A stretch of DNA of 52,461 bases, taken from positions 1 through 52,461 of the forward strand of contig JAJBUC010000094.1 of NCBI GenBank assembly GCA_020860545.1. The letters are read 5' to 3'. The translations under genes were made by a program, and so were the position numbers. The DNA comes from Oscillospiraceae bacterium. Lineage in GTDB: Bacteria > Bacillota > Clostridia > Oscillospirales > Oscillospiraceae. Below, piece by piece: positions 22,507 to 30,793 of the stretch (position 1 is the stretch's first letter; each line of letters opens with the position of its first letter). A model generated the notes under the pieces. The model was not told the origin of the DNA and searched no databases. It worked only from the letters and a program-made list of their open reading frames with translations.

Positions 22507-23193
22507 TTATAGAATCGCCCGCAGGAGATAGAGCGCTAAAATGTGCAGCGGGTAGTACCAGTAGAAAAAGTTCGTTCGTCCCCGTCCGCGTTCTCCGTTA
22601 TAGAAACAGAGCGGGATCAGCGCCGCGCAGGCGCAGACGGTGAACAGCAGGTTAAACGGCAGTGGATACAGAGGGAGATAGGTTACGCAGATGCAGATGG
22701 CGAGCGCAATGAGCTGCCGCGTTTTGCTCTCGCCGCAGTAATAGAGCACCACCACCGTCAGCACCCCAAGCAGGCCGTAATCGGTGTGCAGGAACTCTGC
22801 GGCGACGGCCAGCAGCAACGCGGGAAGGAGCGCTGTCGGCAGGGGCAGCTTGTGCGCGAGGATGCGCTGACCCAAATAGATGCCCAGCACGGCGAAGAAA
22901 AAGGTCAGAATGGTACTGCCCCAGCTCCCGGTGGAGAGAAACATGGTCAGCACGTGGCTTGCCCCGCCGAAAACCCCCAGCCGGATGAGATACCGGGGGT
23001 AGTGCTCCGTCTTGCGGCAGCTCTCCGCCACCAGAAAGGCGAATATGGGGAAGGCGAGCCGGCCGATATAATTCAGGAGATAATAGGGTATGCTGCCCGG
23101 TACCGCAACGGTGGCCATAGGGGTGAATACCGTCCCGATATGGTCGACGGTCATGCAGAGGAGGGCGAGGTACTTTAGCTTCGTCGCGTTCAT
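22507..23193 (-). CDS. TraX-family membrane protein, 228 aa
   Basis: The N-terminal [18 protein letters not shown] motif and about seven TM segments are typical of TraX (PF05857). It lies 2 nt after purH and 15 nt before purD, so it is co-transcribed with them. Confidence 0.8.
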   Translation of the reverse strand: MNATKLKYLALLCMTVDHIGTVFTPMATVAVPGSIPYYLLNYIGRLAFPIFAFLVAESCRKTEHYPRYLIRLGVFGGASHVLTMFLSTGSWGSTILTFFFAVLGIYLGQRILAHKLPLPTALLPALLLAVAAEFLHTDYGLLGVLTVVVLYYCGESKTRQLIALAICICVTYLPLYPLPFNLLFTVCACAALIPLCFYNGERGRGRTNFFYWYYPLHILALYLLRAIL

Positions 23194-23195
23194 GC

Positions 23196-24368
23196 TCAGT
23201 GGTGGAACAGGCGCATGCCGGTAAACGCCATGACAATGCCGTATTTGTCGCAGGTGGCGATGACGTGGTCGTCCCGAATGGAGCCGCCCGGCTGGACAAT
23301 ATAGGAAGCCCCGCTCTTGCGCGCGCGCTCGACATTATCGCCAAAGGGGAAGAAGGCGTCTGAGCCGACGGTGACGCCGTTCTGGCGGGCAATCCAATCC
23401 TGTCGCTCCTGCGCGGTCAGCGCCTCCGGGCGGGCGGTAAAGGTCTGCTGCCACGCGCCGTCCGCCAGAATGTCTTCGTATTCGTCGGAGGTAAAGATAT
23501 CAATCGCGTTGTCGCGGTCAGGGCGGCGGATATCGGGGAGGAAGGGGAGCGCAAGCACCTTCGGATGCTGGCGCAAGAGCCAGTTATCCGCCTTGCCGCC
23601 CGCGAGGCGCGTGCAGTGGATGCGCGACTGCTGTCCGGCACCGACACCGATGGTCTGTCCGTCCTTGACATAGCAGACGGAGTTGGACTGGGTGTATTTC
23701 AGGGTGATGAGAGCGAGTATCATGTCCCGCCGCGCATGTTCCGGCAGCGTCGTACATGCGGTCACCACATGGTTTAACAGAGTATCATCAATTTTGAAAT
23801 CGTTGCGGCCCTGCTCAAAGGTGATGCCGTAGACATCCTTGTGTTCCAGCGGTTTTGGGGTGTAGTCCGGGTCGATCTCCACTACGTTGTAGCTTCCCTT
23901 GCGCTTGCTTTTGAGTATCTCCAGGGCGGCGGGCGTATAACCGGGGGCGATCACGCCGTCCGAGACCTCGAGCGCCAGAAAGGAAGCGGTCTGTTCATCA
24001 CACACGTCAGAGAGCGCCGCCCAGTCGCCATAGGAACACAGGCGGTCCGCGCCGCGCGCGCGGACATAGGCGCACGCGATGGGAGAGAGCGCCATCCCTT
24101 CCGCAAAGTAAATCTTCTTCTCAACATCGGAAAGGGGCAGCCCCAGTGCCGCCCCGGCGGGGGAGACGTGCTTGAACGACGCGGCTGCGGGCAGTCCGGT
24201 CACCGCTTTTAGCTCCTTTACAAGCTGCCATGCGTTGAAGGCGTCCAAAAAATTGATATAACCCGGCTTGCCGTTGCGTACCCGGATGGGAAGTGCTCCG
24301 TCCTCCATAAAAATGCGCGCGGGCTTCTGGTTCGGGTTGCAGCCGTATTTGAGTTCCAGCTCCGTCAT
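23196..24368 (-). CDS. purH: AICAR formyltransferase, a short PurH lacking the N-terminal IMP cyclohydrolase domain, 390 aa
   Basis: [20 protein letters not shown]... and [12 protein letters not shown] are AICARFT-domain motifs. There is no MGS-like IMPCH domain. The ATG at 24368 was chosen; the 60-codon track extension is Arg/Pro-rich junk. Confidence 0.92.
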   Translation of the reverse strand: MTELELKYGCNPNQKPARIFMEDGALPIRVRNGKPGYINFLDAFNAWQLVKELKAVTGLPAAASFKHVSPAGAALGLPLSDVEKKIYFAEGMALSPIACAYVRARGADRLCSYGDWAALSDVCDEQTASFLALEVSDGVIAPGYTPAALEILKSKRKGSYNVVEIDPDYTPKPLEHKDVYGITFEQGRNDFKIDDTLLNHVVTACTTLPEHARRDMILALITLKYTQSNSVCYVKDGQTIGVGAGQQSRIHCTRLAGGKADNWLLRQHPKVLALPFLPDIRRPDRDNAIDIFTSDEYEDILADGAWQQTFTARPEALTAQERQDWIARQNGVTVGSDAFFPFGDNVERARKSGASYIVQPGGSIRDDHVIATCDKYGIVMAFTGMRLFHH

Positions 24369-24372
24369 GAAA

Positions 24373-25089
24373 TCACGCCTTTCCGCTGTTCTTGTTGATG
24401 ACCACGCTCTTACATGCCCCGCCATCGAGTGGGATATAGCGTACAAAGAGGGACACCCTGTTCTCCGCATTGAGGCTGGCCCAGAGCGCGGAAGCGAGCG
24501 CGGCGGGTTCGGGTGCCGTGAGCGCGACCTGTCTCGGCTCTCCATCAAACGAGGGGAGCGGACTGCCGTCGCGCAGATAGGTATGGATAAAATGTCCCTG
24601 CCCCGCGATGGGGCTTTCGTAGGTATACGTATAGCGGCGGCAGGACGAAGGGTCGCCGTCCGCGCTTTTCAGGATGGAGAGCGCATAATCCCCCGCAGGG
24701 GTGATGACGCCGGAGATGCGGGGCGTGTAGTTCGGCGCGTCCGGCTCAAAGGTGCGGGAGGTGAGGGCTTGCGCCATGGACTGCCCGGCCGTCAGGCCGT
24801 CGTAGATGGTGTCCGTCTGGTCGCCGTTTGTGACGATGGTGTGGCCGCGCGCGATGCGCACCGGGGCGTAAATGATGAGGGAGGGGTCGGTCATCTTTGA
24901 CGGGTCAAACGCCTGCGTTCGGATACCGTCCTCCGTCTCGATAAAAACACGGTTACGGCTGTTTTCGCTGCGGCCCATAATGAAATAGGCGGCCACAGCG
25001 TAGCGGTTGTCCGCCGAGCGGCCGAGTAGAATGCCGCGGCCCGGGTAGGTGTTCTCCGATAAAAGGCTGTCAATATCCTGCGTATGCAT
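24373..25089 (-). CDS. Stand-alone IMP cyclohydrolase (PurO-like family), 238 aa
   Basis: MHTQDIDSLLSENTYPGRGILLGRSADNRYAVAAYFIMGRSENSRNRVF... matches the archaeal-type IMP cyclohydrolase family as annotated in Clostridia. GGGAGG lies before the ATG at 25089. Confidence 0.85.
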   Translation of the reverse strand: MHTQDIDSLLSENTYPGRGILLGRSADNRYAVAAYFIMGRSENSRNRVFIETEDGIRTQAFDPSKMTDPSLIIYAPVRIARGHTIVTNGDQTDTIYDGLTAGQSMAQALTSRTFEPDAPNYTPRISGVITPAGDYALSILKSADGDPSSCRRYTYTYESPIAGQGHFIHTYLRDGSPLPSFDGEPRQVALTAPEPAALASALWASLNAENRVSLFVRYIPLDGGACKSVVINKNSGKA

Positions 25090-25106
25090 ATGTACCTCCC
25101 TGAAAT

Positions 25107-25739
25107 TTATGGTTTTGGCGCGATGGATACCATGCGCCCCGAGACGGAGAGCCGCCCCTGACAGAACAGGCTGACGGCCTCCGGCAGGATGCGCCACTCT
25201 GCCTGCTCCATAACGCGCTTTTGGAGTGCCTCGGCGGTGTCTCCCGGCAGAATCTCCACCGCGCGCTGGAGGATGATGGGCCCGCCGTCCGGCTCCGCGC
25301 TCACGAAGTGTACGGTCGCGCCCGTGATCTTCACGCCGTAATCGAGCGCGCGCTGGTGGACGTTGAGGCCGTAATACCCCGCCCCGCAAAAGGACGGGAT
25401 GAGGGAGGGGTGGACGTTGAGAATGGCGTTGGGAAAGGCGGCGATGATTTCATCCGTCAGTATGTGAAGAAAACCCGCCAGCACAACAAGGTCAATCTTC
25501 TCCTCACGCAGGCGGGACACCAGTGCCTGCGTCATACTGCGGCTATCCGCGTGGGCGCTGCGGGCGACCACGGCGGACGGTATGCCCGCGCGCTCCGCCC
25601 GCTCCAGCGCATACGCCCCCGCTTTGGAGGAGATGACCAGCGCAAGCGCCCCGCCCTGGATTGCGCCGCTTTGCTGCGCGTCAATCAGCGCCTGCAAATT
25701 GGTTCCGCCGCCGGAGACAAGTACGGCGATCCGCTTCAT
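25107..25739 (-). CDS. purN: Phosphoribosylglycinamide formyltransferase, 210 aa
   Basis: MKRIAVLVSGGGTNLQALID... and NVHPSLIP are canonical PurN motifs. Confidence 0.95.
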   Translation of the reverse strand: MKRIAVLVSGGGTNLQALIDAQQSGAIQGGALALVISSKAGAYALERAERAGIPSAVVARSAHADSRSMTQALVSRLREEKIDLVVLAGFLHILTDEIIAAFPNAILNVHPSLIPSFCGAGYYGLNVHQRALDYGVKITGATVHFVSAEPDGGPIILQRAVEILPGDTAEALQKRVMEQAEWRILPEAVSLFCQGRLSVSGRMVSIAPKP

Positions 25740-26779
25740 GAGAGCACGACACCCTCTCTGCCCTCGGTGACGGAGCCGATGATACAGGGGGTCTCTCCTT
25801 CGTCCTGCAACAGCGCCAATGCCCTGTCGGCCTGCGCTTCCGGCAGGGCGAGGACAAGGCCGATGCCCATGTTGAAGGTGTTGTACATATCCCGTGCCGG
25901 GATATTGCCGGTGCGGGATATGAGGTCAAAACTGGGGGGGCCGGGGAAGGACTTGGTTTGGATGCTGGCGGTCAGCCCCTCTCTCATCATGCGGGGGACG
26001 TTTTCATACAGGCCGCCGCCGGTGATGTGGCTGATCGCCTTGATGGAGATACCACCCGCCAGCAGCGCGCGCACGGCGCGGACGTAGATGCGGGTCGGCT
26101 TGAGCAGCTCCTCCCCGACGGTAGTACCAAGGGTATCCTCATAGCGCATGAGGGCTGCGCGGCTGTGGATGCCGAGCACCTTGCGGACAAGGGAAAAACC
26201 GTTGGAGTGCACGCCGTTCGAGGCAAGGCCGATCAGGCAGTCTCCCGCGCAGAGGGAAGCGCCGTCGAGCATATTCGCCTCGTCCACCAGCCCCACCGAA
26301 AAACCCGCGAGGTCATACTCATTTTCGGCGTAAAAGCCGGGCATTTCGGCGGTCTCCCCGCCGATCAGAGCGCAGCCCGCCTGACGGCAGCCCTCCGTCA
26401 CGCCCGCGACAATATCCGCGACCCGTGCGGGAATATTCTTGCCTACCGCGAGATAGTCGAGAAAAAAGAGCGGCATGGCACCGGAGCAGATGATGTCGTT
26501 GACGCACATGGCGACACAGTCAATGCCGACGGTATCGTGCTTGTCCATCAAAAACGCCAGCTTGAGCTTGGTCCCCACGCCGTCCGTGCCGGAGACGAGG
26601 ATCGGTTTTTGCATGCCGGATACATCGGGGGCAAACAGCCCGCCAAAACCGCCGAGGGTACCGATCACGCCGGGTATATAGGTGGATTCTACCATGGGCT
26701 TGATGCGCTGAATGGCCTCATAGCCGGCGGTGACGTCAACGCCGGCAGCGGCGTAGGAATCGGATTTGGAAAGGGACAC
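25736..26779 (-). CDS. purM: Phosphoribosylformylglycinamidine cyclo-ligase (AIR synthase), 347 aa
   Basis: YAAAGVDVTAGYEAIQRIK... and DGVGTKLKLA give canonical PurM homology. Confidence 0.96.
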   Translation of the reverse strand: MSLSKSDSYAAAGVDVTAGYEAIQRIKPMVESTYIPGVIGTLGGFGGLFAPDVSGMQKPILVSGTDGVGTKLKLAFLMDKHDTVGIDCVAMCVNDIICSGAMPLFFLDYLAVGKNIPARVADIVAGVTEGCRQAGCALIGGETAEMPGFYAENEYDLAGFSVGLVDEANMLDGASLCAGDCLIGLASNGVHSNGFSLVRKVLGIHSRAALMRYEDTLGTTVGEELLKPTRIYVRAVRALLAGGISIKAISHITGGGLYENVPRMMREGLTASIQTKSFPGPPSFDLISRTGNIPARDMYNTFNMGIGLVLALPEAQADRALALLQDEGETPCIIGSVTEGREGVVLS

Positions 26780-26799
26780 GGCAAAAAACCTCCTCGTTC

Positions 26800-28230
26800 T
26801 TACTGCGCCACACGCGCGGAAAGGGATATATCTTCAACAGGGACGGGAACGGCGTAATCGCCGGTAAAGCATGCGTCGCAATAACCGATATTTAAATCGG
26901 AAGTGACCGTCTTGAGATCCTCCGTCGCGAGGTATTGCAGGGAGTCCGCGCCGACGAGGCGGCAGATTTCCTCGAGCGTCTTGCCGCTTGCGGCGAGCTG
27001 CCCGCGGTCGGGGATGGCGGTGCCGAAAAAGCAGGGGTTGAGGAATGGGGGAGAGGACACTTTCATATGCACCTCGGTGGCCCCCGCCTCCCGCAGAAGG
27101 GTCACAATGCGCTTGCTCGTCGTACCGCGCACGATGGAGTCGTCGACCATGATCACCCGCTTGCCTTGGACCACAGAGGCCATTGCGTTGAGCTTAATGC
27201 GCACCGATTTCTCGCGGGTGTTCTGTGCGGGCTGGATGAAGGTGCGCTGGATATAACGGTTTTTAACAAGTCCGATGCCGTACGGGATCCCGCTCGCCTG
27301 TGCAAAGCCCTGCGCGGCGGCGAGCCCGGAATCGGGGACGCCGATAACGATATCGCCCTGCGTCTCACTGCGCGCGGCAAGGCACATACCGGCCTTGTGG
27401 CGCGCGAAATCCACCGCCGCGCCGTCAATCACCGAGTCCTGCCGGGCAAAGTAAATCAGTTCAAAGCTGCATAGCGCCGTGCGTGCCTGAATACCGCAGC
27501 GGTGGCTGGTGAGCTTACCGTCCTGCAATACGACGACCTCGCCCGGCTCCACATCGCGAATGAGCTGCCCGCCCAGCGCGTCAAACGCGCAGGACTCGGA
27601 GGCGAAGGCGTAGTGGTTGCCCACCTTGCCGATGCAGAGCGGGCGATAGCCGTTCGGGTCGCGGGCGGCGATGAGCTTTTTGCGGCTGAGGACAACGATG
27701 GAGTAAGCGCCGATCATATAGTGCATGGCGTTTATGATGGCGTCCTCAAGCGTATTGGTGCGCAGATGCTCCCGGATGAGAATATGGGAGATCACCTCGC
27801 AGTCGCTGGTGGTCTGGAAGATGCCGCCGCGCGTCTCGGTCTCCATGCGCAGATGGTGGCTGTTCGAGAGCCGTCCGTTATAGCAAAGAGCCATCGGACC
27901 GGAGGTGTGGCGCACCAGAAGCGGCTGGGCAAAGCCGGAGGAGAACTCCGAATTGGCGTAGCGGACATGGCCAATGGCAGCTTTCGCACCCGAAAGGGAG
28001 GCCAAAACCTCCTTCGTAAAGACCTCCGGGACAAGACCCGCGCCCTTCGTCACGGAGAGGTCCGCGTCCTTACACACGGCAATTCCGGAGCTCTCCTGCC
28101 CCCTGTGCTGGAGGGCGAAAAGCGCGTTGTATACCGCAAGGGCGGGGTCTATGCTATCGTCCTCCGCGACGATGCCGAATACGCCGCACTCCTCATGGAG
28201 CTTGTCCGGCAGCGAATAGGGCGTTTCCAT
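26800..28230 (-). CDS. purF: Amidophosphoribosyltransferase, 476 aa
   Basis: It has the N-terminal nucleophile context HEECGVFGI and the PRTase motif VIMVDDSIVRGTT. C-terminal Cys residues are consistent with an Fe-S type PurF. Confidence 0.96.
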   Translation of the reverse strand: METPYSLPDKLHEECGVFGIVAEDDSIDPALAVYNALFALQHRGQESSGIAVCKDADLSVTKGAGLVPEVFTKEVLASLSGAKAAIGHVRYANSEFSSGFAQPLLVRHTSGPMALCYNGRLSNSHHLRMETETRGGIFQTTSDCEVISHILIREHLRTNTLEDAIINAMHYMIGAYSIVVLSRKKLIAARDPNGYRPLCIGKVGNHYAFASESCAFDALGGQLIRDVEPGEVVVLQDGKLTSHRCGIQARTALCSFELIYFARQDSVIDGAAVDFARHKAGMCLAARSETQGDIVIGVPDSGLAAAQGFAQASGIPYGIGLVKNRYIQRTFIQPAQNTREKSVRIKLNAMASVVQGKRVIMVDDSIVRGTTSKRIVTLLREAGATEVHMKVSSPPFLNPCFFGTAIPDRGQLAASGKTLEEICRLVGADSLQYLATEDLKTVTSDLNIGYCDACFTGDYAVPVPVEDISLSARVAQ

Positions 28231-28943
28231 TACTCCACACCGGTCAGGCGGCGCATGACTTCTTCATACGCCTCTTCCGTGCCGCCGAGATCACGGCGGA
28301 AGCGGTCCTTATCCAGTTTTTCATGGGTTTCGCAGTCCCACAGGCGGCAGGTGTCGGGTGAAATCTCGTCCGCGAGCACAATGCTGCCGTCGCGCAGGCG
28401 GCCAAACTCCAGCTTGAAGTCCACAAGGTCAATGCCGATGGTCTTCATAAACGCCTTGAGCTGGTTGTTGACGGCGTATGCATAGCGCTTGATGGTCGCA
28501 AGGTCTTCCTCGGTCGCAAGCCCTAAGGCGAGGGCGTGCGAGTCGTTGATGAGCGGGTCGCCCAAATCGTCGTTTTTATAGGAAAACTCCAGCGTGGGCT
28601 GGGAAAAGACAATGCCCTCCTCCACCCCGTAGTTCTTGGCAAAGGAGCCTGCGGAGATGTTGCGGATGATGACCTCCAGCGGAATGATCGTGACTTTTTT
28701 GACCGCAGTTTCCCGGTCGGAGAGCTCCTGCACAAAGTGAGTGGGGATACCGCCCTTCTCCAGCTTTTGCATCAGGTGATTGGTCATCTTGTTGTTGATG
28801 GCGCCCTTGCCGGTGATGGTGCCCTTTTTCTGCCCGTTAAAGGCGGTGGCGTCGTCCTTATAGGAGACAATGACAATGTCGCTCTCGTCGGTGGCATAGA
28901 CCTTTTTGGCCTTGCCCTCATAAAGCTGTTCCAGTTTTTTCAC
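28230..28943 (-). CDS. purC: SAICAR synthase, 237 aa
   Basis: [31 protein letters not shown]... gives canonical PurC homology. Confidence 0.96.
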   Translation of the reverse strand: MKKLEQLYEGKAKKVYATDESDIVIVSYKDDATAFNGQKKGTITGKGAINNKMTNHLMQKLEKGGIPTHFVQELSDRETAVKKVTIIPLEVIIRNISAGSFAKNYGVEEGIVFSQPTLEFSYKNDDLGDPLINDSHALALGLATEEDLATIKRYAYAVNNQLKAFMKTIGIDLVDFKLEFGRLRDGSIVLADEISPDTCRLWDCETHEKLDKDRFRRDLGGTEEAYEEVMRRLTGVE

Positions 28944-29443
28944 AGTGAAAACTCCTCCAATGCCTGTATTTTTTCGTCCTTTGCGCAGACCTCTGCCTGC
29001 ATGTCCGCCTTACACTGTGTTAACCGTTCCGAGAGGTCCGGTTCGGCGAGCGCCAGCATCTGCGCGGCTAAAATGGCTGCGTTGTCCGCGCCGTCCACGG
29101 CGACACAGGCGACCGGTATCCCTTTTGGCATCTGTACCATGGACAACAGGCTGTCGAGCCCTCCCATAAGGGAGGTCTTGATAGGCACGCCGATGACCGG
29201 AAGGGTGGTGTAGGCCGCCAGCACACCCGCGAGATGTGCGGCCTTTCCCGCGGCGGCGATGATCGCGCCGAATCCGTTTGCCGCCGCGCCCGAGGCAAAC
29301 GCCTCGGCCTGTGTCGGGGTGCGGTGGGCGGAGATGATACGCACCTCCACGGGGATGCCAAAGTCTTTGAGCCGCTGGATACAGGGGCGCATGGTGTCCA
29401 GATCACTGTCGGAGCCCATAATGACCGCTACTTTTTTACGCAT
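28940..29443 (-). CDS. purE: N5-CAIR mutase / AIR carboxylase catalytic subunit, 167 aa
   Basis: [14 protein letters not shown]... and [23 protein letters not shown] give canonical PurE homology. Confidence 0.95.
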   Translation of the reverse strand: MRKKVAVIMGSDSDLDTMRPCIQRLKDFGIPVEVRIISAHRTPTQAEAFASGAAANGFGAIIAAAGKAAHLAGVLAAYTTLPVIGVPIKTSLMGGLDSLLSMVQMPKGIPVACVAVDGADNAAILAAQMLALAEPDLSERLTQCKADMQAEVCAKDEKIQALEEFSL

Positions 29444-29459
29444 AAATGAAACCCTCCTG

Positions 29460-29494
29460 AAAAAGCGTGCAGGTCACCCGGGGCGGATGACCTG
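29460..29494 (-). terminator. Weak terminator or attenuator hairpin between ireB and purE
   Basis: On the minus strand, CAGGTCA-11 nt-TGACCTG, then CACGC, then TTTTT. It is the only structure in the 80-nt gap. Confidence 0.35.
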
Positions 29495-29523
29495 TTGCGT
29501 CGTTGTCGCTGCCAAAAGCAAAG

Positions 29524-29772
29524 CTAATGCGAAAGATAGAACTTGACCAGCTCCTGCAGCAGCTCGTCCCGGTCCAGGCGGCGTATCAGGGAACGGGCGT
29601 CGTTGTAATTGGTGATATAGGTGGGATCCTCCGACAGGATATAGCCGACAATCTGGTTGATCGGATTATATCCTTTTTCCTGTAAAGAGTGAAAAACAGA
29701 CGTTAAAATCTCCTTGATCTCACTTTCCTGCTCATCACCGAGGCTGAATTTGCGCGTATAATCCAGTTCCAT
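29524..29772 (-). CDS. ireB: IreB-family regulatory phosphoprotein (UPF0297/DUF965), 82 aa
   Basis: [62 protein letters not shown] is the highly conserved UPF0297 core. Confidence 0.9.
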   Translation of the reverse strand: MELDYTRKFSLGDEQESEIKEILTSVFHSLQEKGYNPINQIVGYILSEDPTYITNYNDARSLIRRLDRDELLQELVKFYLSH

Positions 29773-29821
29773 AAGAATAAAGCCACCTCACGTTCCGCAT
29801 AAAACACTGATTTTACTACGA

Positions 29822-29850
29822 ATTATAACCGAATTTTGCTCTTGTGTAAA
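29822..29850 (-). promoter_or_regulatory. Sigma-A promoter for ireB (and probably the pur operon)
   Basis: On the minus strand, -35 TTTACA (29850-29845), a 17-nt spacer, then -10 TATAAT (29827-29822), about 50 nt upstream of the ireB ATG. Confidence 0.6.
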
Positions 29851-29965
29851 GAGTTGTGCCTAAAATTTAAGAAAGAAAAACAAAAGTTTTAATATCCAAC
29901 GCGCACCGGCACGGTTTACCTGCAGTTGGAATATATGTGCTAACCCCCTTTTTGTATACGCAACA

Positions 29966-30047
29966 GAAGATAGTGTGAAAAACACCCCGAATGGGTTTCT
30001 TCCACACTATCTTCCGTCTGAGGCCATCCAAACTATAGTTCGGACGG
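29966..30047 (-). other. Two consecutive strand-specific stem-loops downstream of the PII-like gene (terminator or RNA-stability element)
   Basis: Minus-strand hairpin 1 (30047-30024) is CCGTCCGAAC-TATA-GTTTGGATGG, 10 bp including two G.U pairs that would be C.A on the plus strand. Hairpin 2 (30014-29966) has the 12-bp outer stem GAAGATAGTGTG/CACACTATCTTC with further imperfect inner pairing. There is no clear U-tract. Confidence 0.4.
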
Positions 30048-30067
30048 CTGAAAATTTCCGCATATTG

Positions 30068-30793
30068 CTACTGCTTCTCGTCCGCAACGGGTGGCTGCAG
30101 CCCGATCATATCCTCGACCGGGAGGGAAAAGAGAATGCCGCGCGCCTCCGTTGAAAGCCCTGCCGCATGGCTGATCGCCATCATAATCTGCTGTTTTTGG
30201 CTGCGGGGCGTTAAAATGGTGACGATATCCTTCTCCGGCTGGAGGGTAAAGCCAAGCAGATTTTCCACGTCCTCAAAGCCTACGCGGCGGGCATGCAGCA
30301 TCGTACCGCCGCGCGCACCGGCCTCCCGAGCCGCATCCATCACCAAATCCACATTGCCACTGTTGACGATGGCGAGCACCAGATCATAGCGGATTTCCGG
30401 GTGATCCATTTTCTTCTCCTCACTTTCCATTGTAAAAAATGTGTCTGGCACATCGTCCGCTTTGCAGAGTAACTTTGGCAGGTGGCTGCTTACGCCGGAG
30501 AGCGGTATCGTAAACAGAATACCGTGTCCGGGCTTATGCAGCATCAGCTTTTCGTCGGCCTTTTGCATGACCCGTTTTATTTTGAACCGGGGCGCAAGCG
30601 TTAGCACCAGATCCATCTCCGTCGCGGCCAGGCCGAAGTAGTCCAGAATTTGAGACGTCGCGGTGCCGAGAGACATGCAGACATAGTCAAAATGCAGCTT
30701 TTCCTCCCGATACAGGTTCACGATACCCGCGGCCTTGCCCCGTTCCACAATGGTGACAAGCAGCAGCAGGCGCAGCTCTTCCGGTACGTTCAT
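30068..30793 (-). CDS. Tandem PII-like (GlnB-fold) signal-transduction protein, 241 aa
   Basis: It contains two repeats. The second (YDLVLAIVNSGNVDLVMDAAREAGARGGTMLHARRVG...ILFSLPVEDMIG) matches the PII-family proteins that follow DUF1538 genes. The start overlaps the upstream stop (TGATG). Confidence 0.7.
   Translation of the reverse strand: MNVPEELRLLLLVTIVERGKAAGIVNLYREEKLHFDYVCMSLGTATSQILDYFGLAATEMDLVLTLAPRFKIKRVMQKADEKLMLHKPGHGILFTIPLSGVSSHLPKLLCKADDVPDTFFTMESEEKKMDHPEIRYDLVLAIVNSGNVDLVMDAAREAGARGGTMLHARRVGFEDVENLLGFTLQPEKDIVTILTPRSQKQQIMMAISHAAGLSTEARGILFSLPVEDMIGLQPPVADEKQ

Noticed and set aside
29444-29523. Purine or ZTP riboswitch upstream of purE
   Set aside because: The 80-nt gap is too short and lacks the conserved cores. 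CATCCGCCCCGGGTGA only superficially resembles the ZTP 3' subdomain.
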